DNA of 64,000 nt from Octopus vulgaris (GCA_951406725.2 OX597816.1:44516001-44580000); one strand, 5' to 3'; positions 38,758 to 54,196 are shown, counted from the stretch's first letter. Program-made: numbers and translations. Notes: generated by a model not told the origin, from the letters alone.

Positions 38758-39149
38758 GTCGTTTTATGCACCACAGCTTTTCAGAGACGAATTCCCAACC
38801 ACCACCACCACCACCACCACCACCAATTGGCAAAATACTTCATCAGTTACAAGTTGGTGTATTGGATGGGGAGTACGTAGTTCTATACTTGTGTCTGTAA
38901 TAAAATCCAGTAATGAGAGTTATATTATCTAATCATGAATAGCTAACCATAACGTTATGACACATTCTTTATATCAACAACGGAACCTGAACTTACAATT
39001 GGAGATTTAAATATCTAAAATACATATTTAATTTCTTCTAAATTGTGTCTACTATCTTCCAAACATCTGATGAGAAGAACTTTTCCTACGTACACAAAAC
39101 TTGTCGTAAAACCGTTATTACATAAGTATGTATGCATTATGCGTGTCTG

Positions 39150-39196
<47 letters not shown>

Positions 39197-40334
39197 TTAT
39201 GTATCCATAATGTATGTATGTGCATATTTTATGTTTATTTATGTACTTATTTACATACTTACTTGACACGTATATTCTTGGAAATAACATATTACCAGAT
39301 TTTCTTCGACATAACCGCAAAGATTCTTAAGTCTGGGTGGAATGACAACCACATACATTAACTCATTTAATAAAATTTGACTGCATCTAATTAGCATCTG
39401 AATAACTGCACAGTTTTCCAATATTTAAATAGTATTTCTTTTTTTTCTTTATTAGATTTCAAACAAAAAAATAAATGTGCTAAAAGATCGGATTGTGCAT
39501 TACACGCGATGTTTAAAATGTTGGTGTCTTTATTTTTTACAAAACCATTTTTAACAAACAGCAAACATGTTTTGATTGGTTACACGAGGAAGACATGTAT
39601 GTTCGTGATAGTATGTTAATCACGCTTTCACAATTTCTTCTGATAATCTAACTCAATCTTTGTTATCTTTTATTTAACTTTTACATTTGTTGTTTCAAGA
39701 ATTAGAAACGAGTTCTGGAATTTAAAAATTGTTTTCCAGATAAAAGTTAATTATTATGTAAAACTTAGATTTCACTGGTGTAGATAACTGAACAAGAAGG
39801 AGAAGACAAATTGCAATTCAAGTAACAAGGCGTGAAATAAATAGAAGGACTTTAATAAGAAAAGGGACATAGATTAGCTATTGGCTTCAAATTTTGGCGC
39901 ATGGCCAGGAGTTTCGGGAAAGGATACATGTCAATCACTTAGGCTCTAGTGCTCAACTAGTACTTAGTAAAGTTAGCTTCAGTGGAATTTGAACTTAGAA
40001 CGTTTCTGCCATTTCCCTGTCTTTAAAATGATTACGTAAATATAAGAAGCCACTAAGAGTCGGCAAGATAGTAGAATCGTTTTGTCGCCGGATAAAATGC
40101 TTCGTGACATTTCATCCGGCTCTATACGCTCTAAGTATAAATTCCGACAAGTCCAACTTTGCCTTTCATTATTTCAGGGTTGACAAACTAAGCACCAGTT
40201 GATGTAATGGACTCACCTCTTCTCCATAAAAGGTCAGACCTTGTGCCAATTGTAGAAAAATATATAAGGACCCTGCAGAAACTGACCAATAATCAAAATG
40301 CTTGATATTATCATTTCACAAGGCATACTTATGT

Positions 40335-40727
40335 GGCGAAATGCTTAGCGGTATTTCGTCTGCTGTTACGTTCTGAGTTCAAATTCCGCCGAGGTCAACT
40401 TTGTCTTTCATCCTTTCGGGGTCGATAAATAAATCACCAGTTACGCACCGGGGTTGATGTAATCGACTTAATCCGTTTGTCTGTCCTTGTTTGTCCTCTC
40501 TGTGTTTAGCCCCTTGTGGGTAGTAAAGAAATAGGTGTTTCGTCTGCCATTACGTTCTGAGTTCAAATTCTGCCGAGGTCGACTTTGCCTTTCATCCTTT
40601 CGAGGTCGATTAAATAAGTACCAGTTACGCACTGGGGGTCAATATAATCGACTCAAACCCTTTGTCAGTCCTTGTTTGTCCCCTCTATGTTTAGCTCCTT
40701 GTGGGCAATAAAGAAATAAGAAACGTT
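40335..40727 (+). mobile_element. SINE family B dimer, preceded by degenerate B fragments from ~39880
   Basis: Two modules, head truncated. Confidence 0.88.
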
Positions 40728-41299
40728 CTATAAATGTGTGTATATACGTGTGTATGTGTGTGCATGTGCGCATACGCGTGTTTGGGTTTGTCTCTCACTG
40801 CTTGACAAACTGGTGCTGCTTTGATTATTCTCCTGAATCTAATAGTCCAGCAATGAGAGAATAAGCTAACGTAACATACTTCGAACGTAAGTTCAGCTAC
40901 CTTAATTAAGTGTGAGAGCACTTAACCTAACGGTTAGGGTGCTTTTGCTTATAATCATAAGTTCGTGGCTTTAAATTCTTGACCGGAAAAAAATGAAATC
41001 ATTGCACATTGTTCCAGTCTGTCACTGCACTGGCCTTCAACCATATGCTGATGAAGCCCCTCCCTCTCTCTCTCTCTCCCTCTCTCTCTCTCTCCCTTTT
41101 TCTCTCTCTCTCTCTCTCACTCCAGTTTTTATACAATGTATGTTCCACTGGGTCAAAAATCATGGAACGAGAGAGTATCTATGTCTGCTTACTGTTACAT
41201 AGGTACTTAAACCAATTAATGAATGTATGATATATGTTACCAAGCATTCTAGTACACCTGTGATGTTTAGCTATACTTGATTACGAACAAAATAGTCAG

Positions 41300-41710
41300 C
41301 CCTTTTACTCTTTTACTTTTTTCAGTCATTTGACAGTGGCCATGCTGGAGCACCGCCTTTAGTCGAGCAAATCGTCCCCAGGACTTATTCTCTGTAAGCC
41401 TCTTACTCATTATATCGGTCTCTTTTCCCGAACCGCTAAGTTACAGGGACGTAAACACACCAGCATCGGTTGTCAAGCGATGTTGGGGGGAGGGACAAGC
41501 ACAGACACAAACATACACACACCCATATACAGACACACACATATATATACATATATACGACGGGATTTTTTCAGTTTCCGTCTACCAAATCCACTCACAA
41601 GGCTTTGGTCGGCCTGAGGCTATAGTAGAAGGCACTTGCCCAAGGTACCACGCACTGGGACTGAACCCGGAACCATGTAGTTGGTAAGCAAGCTACTTAC
41701 CACTCAGCCA
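41300..41710 (-). mobile_element. SINE family A copy
   Basis: Colinear with other family A copies. Confidence 0.9.
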
Positions 41711-42317
41711 ATAAAATTTATCTTTGTTCTTAATATATCAAAATTGATTGACATATGTTAACAATTTGTTTTGCAATAAGAAGTGAATCATTGTAGAAAA
41801 TGTCAACTGTAAAGTTGGTTTCATTGATGTTAGAGTCGTATTTTACCGAGCTTCATTGGAACGAAACCGTGGAATGCAATGAAATACGCATAGGGAAGAG
41901 CGACTGGAATTCGATCAATTTGAAATACTTTAACCAGAAGAAAGAGGTCCTGCCAGCTGCCAGGTCTTTGCAGGTATTCCCAGACCTACATCGTTCGACG
42001 GTCGTTGTTGCTTTCTCTGCATGTCAGCCTTGATTAGCCGCAGCTGATATCAATGACATTCAGAGAAAATTCAGTGTTTTATGAGTCATTTATATCCAAG
42101 ACCGCTTTTGCCAATGTTACTTTTGTATCTCGGAATTCTTTCGATAATTCTGTTTTGTGCTGCACCGCACATCGTTCCGTCCTTTGACATTTCTAACGAC
42201 AAAACAGTTCTCTTTTTGTTTTTTGTTTTTGTTGACAGAAGCCGCTGAGAAAATGGAATGTGAGCGGTTCCGCATACGTTTCCTCTCGATGCAATGCAGC
42301 CAATTCTAACTCAGAGA

Positions 42318-42318
42318 C

Positions 42319-42394
<76 letters not shown>

Positions 42395-42411
42395 GTAGGT
42401 AGGTAGGTAGG

Positions 42412-42488
<77 letters not shown>

Positions 42489-42502
42489 GATAGGTAGGTA
42501 GG

Positions 42503-42576
<74 letters not shown>

Positions 42577-42578
42577 TA
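42318..42578. repeat. (GATA)n/(GGTA)n microsatellite
   Basis: Direct reading. Confidence 0.95.
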
Positions 42579-43241
42579 GAAGGGGAGAATCACCGCTAAT
42601 AATATTTTATTTATCGACCTAGTAAGAATAAAAGAAAAAATTAACCTCTGTAGAATTTAAACATAAAACGTGCAAGATAGCGACAATGCCGTAAGGAATC
42701 CTATCCGACGCTCTAAAGACTACCAATTCACCAACTTAAGTTAATAGGATGCTCTTTAAGGTAGGTTATACAATCATTTCTTACAAATTGCGCGATGATA
42801 CCGCATGGGATGTATACGGTTAAGTAAACCCATTATGTTATAATAGAAATTACTGCCAAGTTTCCTTTTTGTGTCAACCCCAATTTCTTGAAGAAATGAA
42901 ATAAAATATTTGCTTAATGAGGCATGAGATGTTTTGGCAAACCGCTTTGGAGACGCCTACCTGGCTTAACTGATTAGAGGCTGACTTTTCTGACATAAGA
43001 CATATTAATGTTTCTCTCTCTCCCTCTCTAGCCACATTCTCCATCCCCCTACTCTTTCTCTCCCCCACTTTTCTTTCTCCCCTTCTCTCTCCCCCCTCTC
43101 TCTCTCTCTTGTACGCTTATGTGTGTGTGCGAGCATGTTTCTCTTCATGTGTACGAGGAGAGGGAAAGTGTTTATGCCAATCATACTCAATTAACAATTC
43201 CATGCACTGTTTCTCGATGTGTATATTTATGCGCATGTGCT

Positions 43242-43284
<43 letters not shown>

Positions 43285-43304
43285 CTGCTGTACCGAAAGG
43301 TACC

Positions 43305-43490
43305 TATTTCTTTATTACCCACAAGGGGCTAAACATAGAGGGGACAAACAAGGACAGGCATAGGTATTAAGTCGATTGCATTGACCCCAGTGAGTAACTG
43401 GTGCTTAATTTATCGACCCCGAAAGGATGAAAGGCAAAGTCGACCTCGGCGGAATTTGAACTCACAACGTAACGGCAGACGAAATACCGA
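43305..43490 (-). mobile_element. SINE family B single module with 14-bp TSD TACCGAAAGGTACC
   Basis: Direct repeats at ~43291 and ~43485. Confidence 0.9.
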
Positions 43491-44294
43491 AAGGTACCGT
43501 CACCAAGACAGGTACTAATATCGAGTCAGCCATGCCAAATCGCTTGCGTTCAAATAGCTGCGACAAATCCTCCCATTCCGTGGTCAATATACTTCACAAT
43601 ATACTTCCAGCGAGGATGGAAAGAATGACTAGAAGCAAAATGTTTTCATACATATTAATTCTCGAGTAGAACAGACCAGAGAGTTATAAAGCGCAACAAA
43701 AACAATATTGGAAAATAATTTTAGCATTTCTTAATTTCGATTATTGAACATTTGAGTTTCTGTTGTTTCAAGATGATTAACGAATTCTGAAATGTAGTCC
43801 AGACTTCAGATTTAGTAGGAAAGGAGTAGTCGATTACATTTATCAGTTTTTGTCGAGTACCTTATTTTGCTAACAATGTAAAGATGAAAAACAAAAAGCC
43901 GATCAATGTCGATTTGAACTCAGAAAGCAAGGAGATACATATTAACAGATAGCAGTTTCCCCCACTATCTTAGAGTAACTATAGCGAACCACCTCTCGCG
44001 TTTGAAAGAAATATATTTTTCATGACCAAGACTAATGTTATATATAGACTGCATGTTATTAATTTTACAATATTTTGCAATGAAATACATTGTCTTTTTT
44101 GATAATATTGTTTGTGTTCGTCTGTCGAAATTATGTTACGTTTAGACACATTACACTTCATTCACGTTTTTTTTTTCTTAAGTTAAATCTACGGGTGATT
44201 TTATTCACGTAATATACATATCTATTGTATGTATATGTATATATATATATATATAAACATATATATGAATACACACACGCACATATAAACATAC

Positions 44295-44439
<145 letters not shown>

Positions 44440-44495
44440 ACTTACTTGGAAAAGGTTGCGTGGCGTTCGATCAAATAATAATATAATAATAACAT

Positions 44496-44551
<56 letters not shown>

Positions 44552-45506
44552 CGTACATATAAGCATATTTGCAATCTTTTCATCTCAAATTAAAGAAAAA
44601 AATATTGGAATAATATGACAGACAAGAATACAATGGAATATATTTTTTCATAACAGACCAAAACATTTTCTTTGGTAGAAACTGTTTTTCATATTATAAA
44701 ACAAAGATTTCTTTGATATTTTATATATATATTTTTATATTTCATTTAATTTCTGGATTAGCTTATATTTCATAATTTTAACTCACCATGAGATATCCAT
44801 AGATATTAAAGTTTTACACTATATTAGAAAATAAAACAGCACGCAATCGCATGTCCATATATTCATCTCTGAAACCAAACTAATACAAGGGAGAAACGTA
44901 TTCATAAGTCTTGTCTTTACTTTTATCTTTAACCGTTCCTTCAAAATTCTCTCTCTCAACACATATGCACACTCACAAGTACAAATAGACGAACATACAA
45001 ACCCATATACTAATGAACATTCACCTATATTTTTGTACGTACGTATGTATATGTACGCATGTTATATCACTCTTAGTGCTACAGGTAGCATGTCATCCAG
45101 TATGAAATGTCTCATAGCCCGGCCATCGGTGACTAAGCAGGCAACCCTACCAAAGCTGTTTGGTAAGGAAGTCAGTTTTCGTTGGACGCTCTCTATGACG
45201 GAAAAACAAAATCTATCAAATGACTTATCGACTCAGTAGGATCAACGTCCATCCAACAGCTGTAAGTGAGAGACCTCCAAGTCTTTCAAGAGAATGTAAT
45301 TCCGGAATTATCCCTACATCATTGTGAAGCTGCATGCATTGCTCTAGCTCATAAGTTTGTAGCTGATAGACTTGGCGTAGTTTTGCAAACTGTTATTGAC
45401 TTCAAATTTCCGCAAGGCATCATAGACAGCGATTACTTTTAACATTTAGAATAATGGTCATAATCCCCTACGAATTGAGAGCTATCATCTGTGTGTGTGT
45501 GTAAGC

Positions 45507-45569
<63 letters not shown>

Positions 45570-45573
<4 letters not shown>

Positions 45574-45880
45574 AAATGGGACAAGAGAGCAAAACATCCA
45601 GACAGTTAGGGGATACAAGAAAGGGACAACAAAAGATCCAGATAGACGATACAAAGAAAACAAGGACGGATCATTCGGTGTTTCCTTTCCTCAGTCGAGT
45701 TCCAGTTTATCTTTGCAATTTAGGCTGGTTATACTCGAGATTGCTCCTATCTGGCCAGCCCCAAGGAAAAACTAAGCTAAGAGCATTAGATTCCTTGGAA
45801 GAAAGCAGCGAATGTATACGGAAACAAAGGCGGAAAATATGGAGAAAGTTACACAAATACAAATAACAGGACATAACAAC
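45570..45880. mobile_element. Interspersed-repeat fragment, possibly a Penelope-like terminus
   Basis: Starts at a (TA)n array, has an internal short direct repeat (AAAA.ATCCAGA.AG) and a GGCTGG..CCAGCC stem. Confidence 0.35.
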
Positions 45881-46946
45881 ATTTAGATTTTATCGAGTAC
45901 ATTATTTTGCTAATATTAAGTAAATAGCTGACTTAGTGCATAAATGGCGACAGACAGATAGATGGGTATTTACCCACACATATGCATACACACATATATG
46001 TGTATGTATGTGTGTCTGTGAGTGTGTGAACACTTGTAGTTGATATGCAAAATACTTTTATATAAAGTGTATTCATTAACTATGCATATAGGAAGACGCG
46101 TGTTATAGATATTACTAATTGTGTATTTATTTGCATGTTACTACCTCACCTTTGTTAAAATTTATCAGATAAATATTAATTGTTAAAATGACAAAGGTGC
46201 TACCCTTTTGCTTTCTTCAAAGAGAATCTTTTGAATGGATATTTCTTCCTTTCTCGGCTTGACATTTTAAGCAATTGTTGTAACAATGCTATTATCTTTT
46301 CAATAGCGTATCTAATTCACGATATTCTGCACTAGTTTGACGTTTTAAACATTTATTGCATGAAAGGTATTATACTCTGTATAAGGTGTCTTATTCATAA
46401 CATCATGTATTTCATATTTTGGTTGCTGCGTTATATTCTTGTAAATACCACAGAGGGTATTTGAAGCAGAATTGATATTGCTAATTATTACAATTGGTAA
46501 TCGTTGCATACGTTAGAAGTTATATGGCACCTCACTATTTCGAACATAACGCTGCACCATATCCGGTATTTAAAAATCAACAATAACAGAGTTGCCAAGA
46601 ACTTGAAAGTTTGAATGCTTTAAAATTCTGCATCTTTACCTTTTGACCGACAGATTTTAAAAATTAATTTTTTGTAACACAATACTTTCAAACTTCGTAT
46701 ACTGGTAGAATGTGTCACATAACACATCTTTTACTCATGGCGTTGTTGAGAAAATTCTGTATTTTGGAAGTTATTTTTTCTTAAGTTGTCGTATTTCGGT
46801 AATTTCAACCAATCAATGACGTGTATTCAGTTGAATAGAATTACTGCTGTTGTTTGTCAACAACAACTTCCGGTCCAATTTAACATTGCCGTATTAAATC
46901 TAATATTCATTACTATTACCATTATTATTATTATTATTATTATTAT

Positions 46947-47479
46947 TGAGTGAGAGAGCAGTTCATGCCATCAAAGTGGCACTGGGGTAAAATATACGAA
47001 GCCCAATATACCCATCATGACTACCCGTCTGATAAAGGTACACCAGGCACATGCATCACAACCATATGTGCGCGACATGGTGATCTCATATCAAGATAAA
47101 CAGCACATGACCTTGCAGGTGGGGCCCAGTTAGAATTTTCTTCAGGTTGAGTAGCCCATCCCGCTCAACCTGTCCCTGAATAAGGGTTGTTTAAGGATGT
47201 CGAAAGAACCACCCATGTTTCCAGAGGTGAACTATTCAAACCCCAAAGAATCCCTCTCAACACATGGCTATGATGCTCCCCCACTACTTCTGCTCGTGAT
47301 CAGAGATGCACATATCGTCAGCCACTAAGAGACATGGTCAACTGGTTAAGGTCAAACAACTGACAAGCAAATCTGTGGTATTGAGCAGAATATTTGCTGT
47401 AGCCCATCTTTTATACCAAGACAAAACAATGTACATGATAACACTTACAATCAGTTAAGATCAGAAGCTATAAGAGCCA
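46947..47479 (-). mobile_element. 3' segment of a (TAA)n-tailed retroelement; partial second copy at 50121-50333
   Basis: Minus strand ends CTCTCTCACTC(AAT)n. The region 47220-47432 recurs at 50121-50333. Confidence 0.7.
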
Positions 47480-47828
<349 letters not shown>

Positions 47829-49732
47829 TTGTCATTTACTTTTAATCTGCATGTTTGATGCAATCACCTGCCGGGGCACACCCAGCGCCCTAGGGCAAGT
47901 GAAGGTTAAGAGTTGTTGAAATACAGCTGAAAGCTTGGGGAGGGGAAGTAGAGATATATCTCCATGTAATGCAAACACAGACATTTACATTGATAGGGTT
48001 TTTCTAAGGATGTGGGCAGTACTTGTTAGCACAATCTTTTGAATTTCCTTGAGACATGGTTTTCCAGGGATATTGTCTAGGTGTTTCTGACATCCCTTTT
48101 TTATCATACCTAGGGCACCTACAATAACAGGAACAGTTTTTGTTTTAAGATTCCACATCCTCTGTATTTCGATTTCCAGGTCCTTATATTTACTAAGTTT
48201 GTCAAATTCCTTGACAGATACATTTTTATCAGTGGGGACGCTTACTTCTATTAGTCTGCAGGTATTTTCTTCCCTGTCCTTAACAATTATGTCTGGTCGA
48301 TTAGCCTTGATCGTTCTGTCAGTGTTGACTGGAAAATCCCAGAGGATGGTGACATCTTTACCTTCAACAACTGGCTGAGGATGGTGTTCGTACCAGTTAG
48401 CAGGAATGTCGGATTTGTAGTGTTTACATATCTTCCAATGTATATACTGTCCTACCCTATCGTGGCGATTTTTGTATTCGTTTGGTGTCAGCACAGGACA
48501 TCCCGAAACGAGATGGTCTATCGTTTCGTCAAATGTGTCGCAGAATCTGCATTTAGGGTCAGTACCGTTTCGGAGAACGTTAGCCTGGTAATTTCTGGTA
48601 AACAAGCTTTGATCTTGTGCTGCCATTATGAAACCTTCAGTCTCTGCTTTCAATCCAGAGCTCTTCAGCCACTGATGGGTTGTTGCTTGGTTCTACATCA
48701 GCATTTTTGGCTTCGGAGAATATATTGTCCATGCAGGGGCTTCTGGCTCCACCGCCTCTCAATTTGATTCTGCCCGTTCTTTTTTGCAGTCTGCTTGATT
48801 CGCTTTGCTTGCTTGGTAGCAGTGGTTTCCGGCTCCTCATCTGATTCAAGGTTAATGTCTAGTTCCCTTTCGAACTTATAAGCTTCCTTGACAATAGAAT
48901 GCAGTTTTTTGTTGCTTTCGTGTTCGCGCACAAGTCGCAGCATCCAGTCCTTTGTACTAGATAGGTACCTGTTCATTCCTACAGTAGAGGTCTTATAGCA
49001 CAGCTCTAATTGCATCATTCCTCTCCCCCGCTGCTTCTAGGTAGGTACAAGCGGTCTACATCTGCCTTAGGGTGGTGCATGCTCCTGGATGTCAGTAACT
49101 TTCTTGTCTTCCTGTCTAAGCGTTGGAGTTCCGTAAGGTTCCAGTTAATGATATTAAAACTGTACTGGACTACTGGAAGTGCCAGGGTGTTAATGGCCTC
49201 AATGCAATTTTTGGAGTTGAGCTCAGTCTTCAGTACAAGCCTTATTCTCCTATAGTATTCCTTTCTTATTTTTTCCTTCATAGTAGCATGATGTATACCA
49301 TCTCCTTCGTTGATTCCTAGGTATTTGTAACTTTCCTGTGGGTCAAGTTCCTTGATGGTAGTGTCAATATCTAATTTAACAGAAGCTGTTTGCTTGAGCT
49401 TGCCTCTTACAAAAGTTGCTTTAGCACACTTATCAAGGCCAAAATCCATTCCGATATCATTGCTAAACTCTTTAACAGTTGTTAGCAGCCCTTCTAGCTC
49501 TTGGTCATTCCTGGCAAACAGCTTTAGGTCGTCCATATAGAAAAGATGGTTTATTAATTTACTAAAAACTTTGTACCCATATCTAGTACTATCCAATTCG
49601 TTTGAGAGTGGGATCAGTGCCATGCAAAAAAGTAATGGAGAGAGGGAGTCACCTTGAAAGATGCCTCGTTTGATGTTGATGCTGTTGGACTGGCTCATCC
49701 CATTACTATGGCTTAAAAAGAGACGTGTGTTC
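47829..49732 (-). mobile_element. 5'-truncated R4/Dong-clade non-LTR retrotransposon (RT plus restriction-like endonuclease)
   Basis: RT motifs GIFQGDSLSPLLF, HLFYMDDLKLF, FGLDKC and YKYLG; CCHC knuckle CRFC..ETIDHLVSGC, RHD and RPDIIV..KxxKY RLE motifs. Flanked on both sides by (TAA)n. Confidence 0.93.
47985..49730 (-). pseudogene. Partial RT-RLE ORF broken by two frameshifts (~49015 and ~48650-48700)
   Basis: ORFs 49015-49698, 48698-49018 and 47985-48653 join into one colinear R4/Dong protein. Confidence 0.9.
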
Positions 49733-49920
<188 letters not shown>

Positions 49921-50120
49921 GTGTGTTTTATTTTTATAGTGTGCTTTCACTTCACTACCGAGCGCAGCTCTGTGTGCCTTGGGTATGTGCTGTGATTTGT
50001 TCTGATGCTCTGATGGTTATTGTATGGAAAGTGTTCTGCGTAGGATGTGTGCAGTGCCTAGTAGTGCAATTTTCTGTATGTTATATGTGTTTGTAAGTCC
50101 TGGTGTTTTTGTTATGTATT
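49921..50120 (-). mobile_element. 3' end of a second R4/Dong-like family
   Basis: Minus translation KYITKTPGLTNTYNIQKIALLGTAHILRRTLSIQ* parallels EIQKIVLTSTAHILRKTLSM of the neighbouring element. A short 3' UTR then (TAA)n follows. Confidence 0.85.
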
Positions 50121-50338
50121 TCCAAAGGTGAATTATCCAAACCTCTAAGAATTCCTTTCAACACACGGCTATGATGCTCCCCCACTGCTTCTGCTCGTGG
50201 TCAGAGATGCACATATCATCAGTCACTGAGGGACAGGGTCAACTGGTTAAGGTCAAACAGTTGACAAGCAAATCTGTGGTATTGAATAGAATATTTGCTG
50301 TAACCCATCTTTTATAGCAAAACAAAACAATGTTATTA

Positions 50339-50390
<52 letters not shown>

Positions 50391-50452
50391 CATCATCATC
50401 ATCATCATCCTCATCCTCATCATCATCCTCATCCTCATCATCATCATCATCC

Positions 50453-50501
<49 letters not shown>

Positions 50502-50502
50502 C

Positions 50503-51130
50503 AAGGCGGTGAGCTTGCAGAAACTTTAGCACGCCGGGCAAAATGCTTAGCGGCATTTCGTCTGCCGTTACGTTGTGAGTTCAAATTCCGCCGAGGTTGA
50601 CTTTGCCTTTCATTCTTTCGGGGTCGATAAATTAAGTTCCAGTTACGCACTGGGGTCGATATAATCGACTTAATCTGTCTGTCCTTATTTGTCTCCTGTG
50701 TGTTTATTCCCTTGTGGGTAGAAAAGAAATAGGTATTTTGTCTACCACTACGTTCTGAGGTCAAATTCCACTGAGGTCTTTCATCCTTTCGGGGTCGATA
50801 AATTAAGTACCAGTTGAACACTGAGGTCGATGCAATCGACACATCCCCTTCCCCAAAATGATTGCCTTTGTGTGAAAATTTGAGGCCATTATTATTATTG
50901 TTTTGCGTTGTTGTTGTTGTTAAGGCGGTGTGTTGACAGAATCGTTAGTACGTCGGGCAAACCGCTTAGCGGCATATCGTCCGACTTTACGATCCTGGTT
51001 AAAATTCCGCCGAGGTCGACTTTGCATTTCATCCTTCCGACGTCGATAAATTATTACCAGTTGCGTACTCGGGTCGATGTAATCGACTTCCCTCCCCCGA
51101 AATTTCAGGCTTTGTGCCTATTGTAGAAAG
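50503..51130 (+). mobile_element. SINE family B dimer (50503-50885) plus a further copy (50922-51130)
   Basis: Heads AAGGCGGTGAGCTTGCAGAA and AAGGCGGTGTGTTGACAGAA. Confidence 0.88.
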
Positions 51131-51615
51131 GATTGTTGATGTCATTTTTCTTGTGCGTGTTGCTGCTTTTTCTCTTACATACATAAATTTGTATTTATCT
51201 AAAATACTAAACCACGTGTACTGTTTCCTTTCGGCTCATTTAATAATATTCTAGTTAAATGCAACAGCGAAATTATGACGGTATGAACTCTCCGCTGGTC
51301 GGTTTCCAGTTCATTTTTCTCTCTATTAGGCTACATTGTTAAATCCAAGAAGCAGTTAAGTGTATAAGGCTTAAAGAAAGATTGTATAAACAGTTCCTCA
51401 CAAACACAATCAAGATTCGTAACCAGAGGGTAAATTTAAATAACTCTGTAAGTACCACGGTGTGTTTGTCATGTCAAATATATTATTACACACATACACA
51501 TACGCGCGCACGAAGCACACACACACACACACACATAGATGAGACATAGATGCATCTATATACATATGTGTGTGTATCAAACACCTAAGTAGATATATAT
51601 ATATATAAAATACAT

Positions 51616-51657
<42 letters not shown>

Positions 51658-51661
51658 GTGT

Positions 51662-51695
<34 letters not shown>

Positions 51696-52789
51696 GCATA
51701 CATATATATATATGTGTATGAATATATACATGTATACATATACATTTACGTATATATATGCATGTATGTATAAAGATATATGAATGTATATTTTTGAACA
51801 CATACATATATGCATATCCATGTATATAAGTATATATACATGCACATTACACACACATTCACACAATATCTTTTAAGTTTATGTGAAGCAGTAAATTCGC
51901 GAACGTAATACATACGTACATTGTTTAATCAAGGTCCTTTGAGTTTTTTTTTTTTTTTGTTTATTTGAATTTTATAATAATTTTACTATAATTCGTTTTA
52001 TTCTGCTTGTTGTTTCTTGTTTTCTTTTAATGCTTTTAAATCTTACTATTTTGTCAATAACATGTTAATTAGAAAAGAAACGAGGCAAACTAATCAAACA
52101 CAGAACAAAATAGTTAGCGAAGTAGACCTATGCGGCACATGGAACACCTACATATATTAGAAAATCTTAATAAACTATAAAGAAGAGATTGAAACAAATA
52201 ACAATTATATGACAGAATAATATAATGAAGAGAAGAGCTGCTTTAATATTTAAAGAAATATAATATCTTGAGGATTAATTCTGAAAGGATTAAAGATAAC
52301 GTTACTTTAATACATACATTCATTTTTATATTACATTTATTTCAGTTTATTTATTTATTCATTTGCTGCTGTTTATATATATATATATATATATATATAT
52401 TTGGTTTTATGTTCTTGTTGGTTTTATTTTGGATAAAAGAATTGAAAATTCTAAAACTGAGCGAAAAGAGAAGTGGGTAGGAGAGGGCGGGGAATGAAAT
52501 GTAAACATGAAGAAGAAAAAAAATTCTGAAATAAAGATATTGGAAATCCTAAATCATATTTTCTGAAATATGATGGCTTACAAATATTGTTCTTTCCGTT
52601 TTATGGATATCATAAAATAAATGCAAAAAAAAAATGAATAAATAAATAGTAACAAGAAACGAGCAAGTTCAGAAAGTATGTTTAAAAATACCCATTCTTT
52701 TGAGTACGTATATGTATAAATAAGTGCAATGGGCTGTCATGTTCTGTTGGAAGTTATTTTTATTGTTGTTGTCGTTGTGGTTGTTGTTT

Positions 52790-53140
52790 TCTTCTTCTTC
52801 TTCCAATAAGGACTCACGCCATTAGCCACAAAGAATAATCTCTAATTCGAGCCTACTCTAAGCTACTAAGAATGAGTGTGGCAACTTGAAGATCCACCCA
52901 CCACACGCGATAGACTGGCGGTTGCGCGGGCGCGAAAGCTACGTTGTTATCCTCATTCCGTAAGCGGTGGCTTTTAACGCGTGGAGACCTGAACCATCCT
53001 GGGGTACAGAGGATTCGCAATCTAGACTAGGGTCTGAAAGTTTACTACACCATAGAGGGTTACACCATGGTTTCTCTGCTTTGTGGCAGAAGTAGGAAGA
53101 AAGAGTGAGAGAAAGTTGTGGTGAAAGAGTACAGCAACCC
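52790..53140 (-). mobile_element. 3' part of SINE family D, ending in a (GAA)n tail
   Basis: Minus-strand TGCTGTACTCTTTCACCACAA matches the body of the element at 63834-64000. Confidence 0.65.
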
Positions 53141-53470
53141 CCTTTATTATTACGTGTGGGATGCAGTTGAGGGAGAGACCAACAAAACTCTTTGTAACAC
53201 CAAAGATAAGCTGAAGGCAAGGATTATGGCAGCATTCGCCAACTTAAACAAGGAGATCGTCCAGAAGAGTTGCAGGAGATTCCGAAGTCGTCTGGAGGCT
53301 GCGGTTGAAGCCAATGGCGATTTTATTCAATAAATTTACTAAAGTATTTCAAGATACCTTTGTGTAATTTGTGAAATTATATCTGTTAAAATGTAAAATT
53401 ATATCTGTTGAGATGTCAGTGTTATTTTCATTTGCGTTATTTAGACGATAATATATTCACCACACCCTGT
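53136..53470 (+). mobile_element. maT/DD37D-like transposon 3' end (transposase C-terminus and TIR)
   Basis: NPLYYYVWDAVEGETNKTLCNTKDKLKARIMAAFANLNKEIVQKSCRRFRSRLEAAVEANGDFIQ*, then a TIR-like TATTCACCACACCCTGT. Confidence 0.85.
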
Positions 53471-54196
53471 TTATACAAATTTGAGGGAGTGTAGCAGGTG
53501 GAATCCAGACTACATATGTTTCTTAGCAAGCCGATTTTCCGATGTAATAATTATTCAGCAACGGGTACTCAATTGTGCAACAGGCCGAAGATACCTTAAT
53601 TATATGAAGGTTACACTGACGTTAAGGAATCCCCAAGTTAACTTGCCGAAGATCTAATTTTAAATTAGTAATGAAGTCGGAGGAACAGAGTAAATTTTTT
53701 TTTAAATAAAGACAAAAAAATATGTTTGTAAACATAAGATAGTCAGTAAGAAAGAAAAGTGAAGGAAGAGGTCAAATATTTGGGAATGGGGAATTGTCTA
53801 ATGTTGGTAAGAAAAAAGAAAATGAGAGAAGGAAGGAAGGAGGATTTAGTGTAGTGACTTTAGGGGAAGGGTCTTTGTGAATATTGAGCTGGAGCCACGT
53901 TACTGTATCTGGAGTAAATATGTACATTGGTGAAGCCATGCGTAAACATTTATAGAGAAAAATAGAAGAGATGATATGGTCAAGAATAACAAAAACAAAA
54001 GAAGAGTAGGGGAAGAAAAGGAGGTAGATAGGATTTAAAGATAGGAATTTGCATTCTTTAAGGGGGAGAGTTAGTTTGGTTGCTTACTACTTCATAGTGA
54101 ATATACATACCATTTTCTTTCACCTTCTGTGTTAATACTCTTCTTTCTCCTGTCATTTATGTTAGTACTCCATTTTCTAAATTACTAAGAAATTAT

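Noticed and set aside
46640-46880. Possible non-autonomous DNA element or Helentron-type fragment
   Set aside because: It looks repeat-like, but there are no termini or second copy in the window to support a call.
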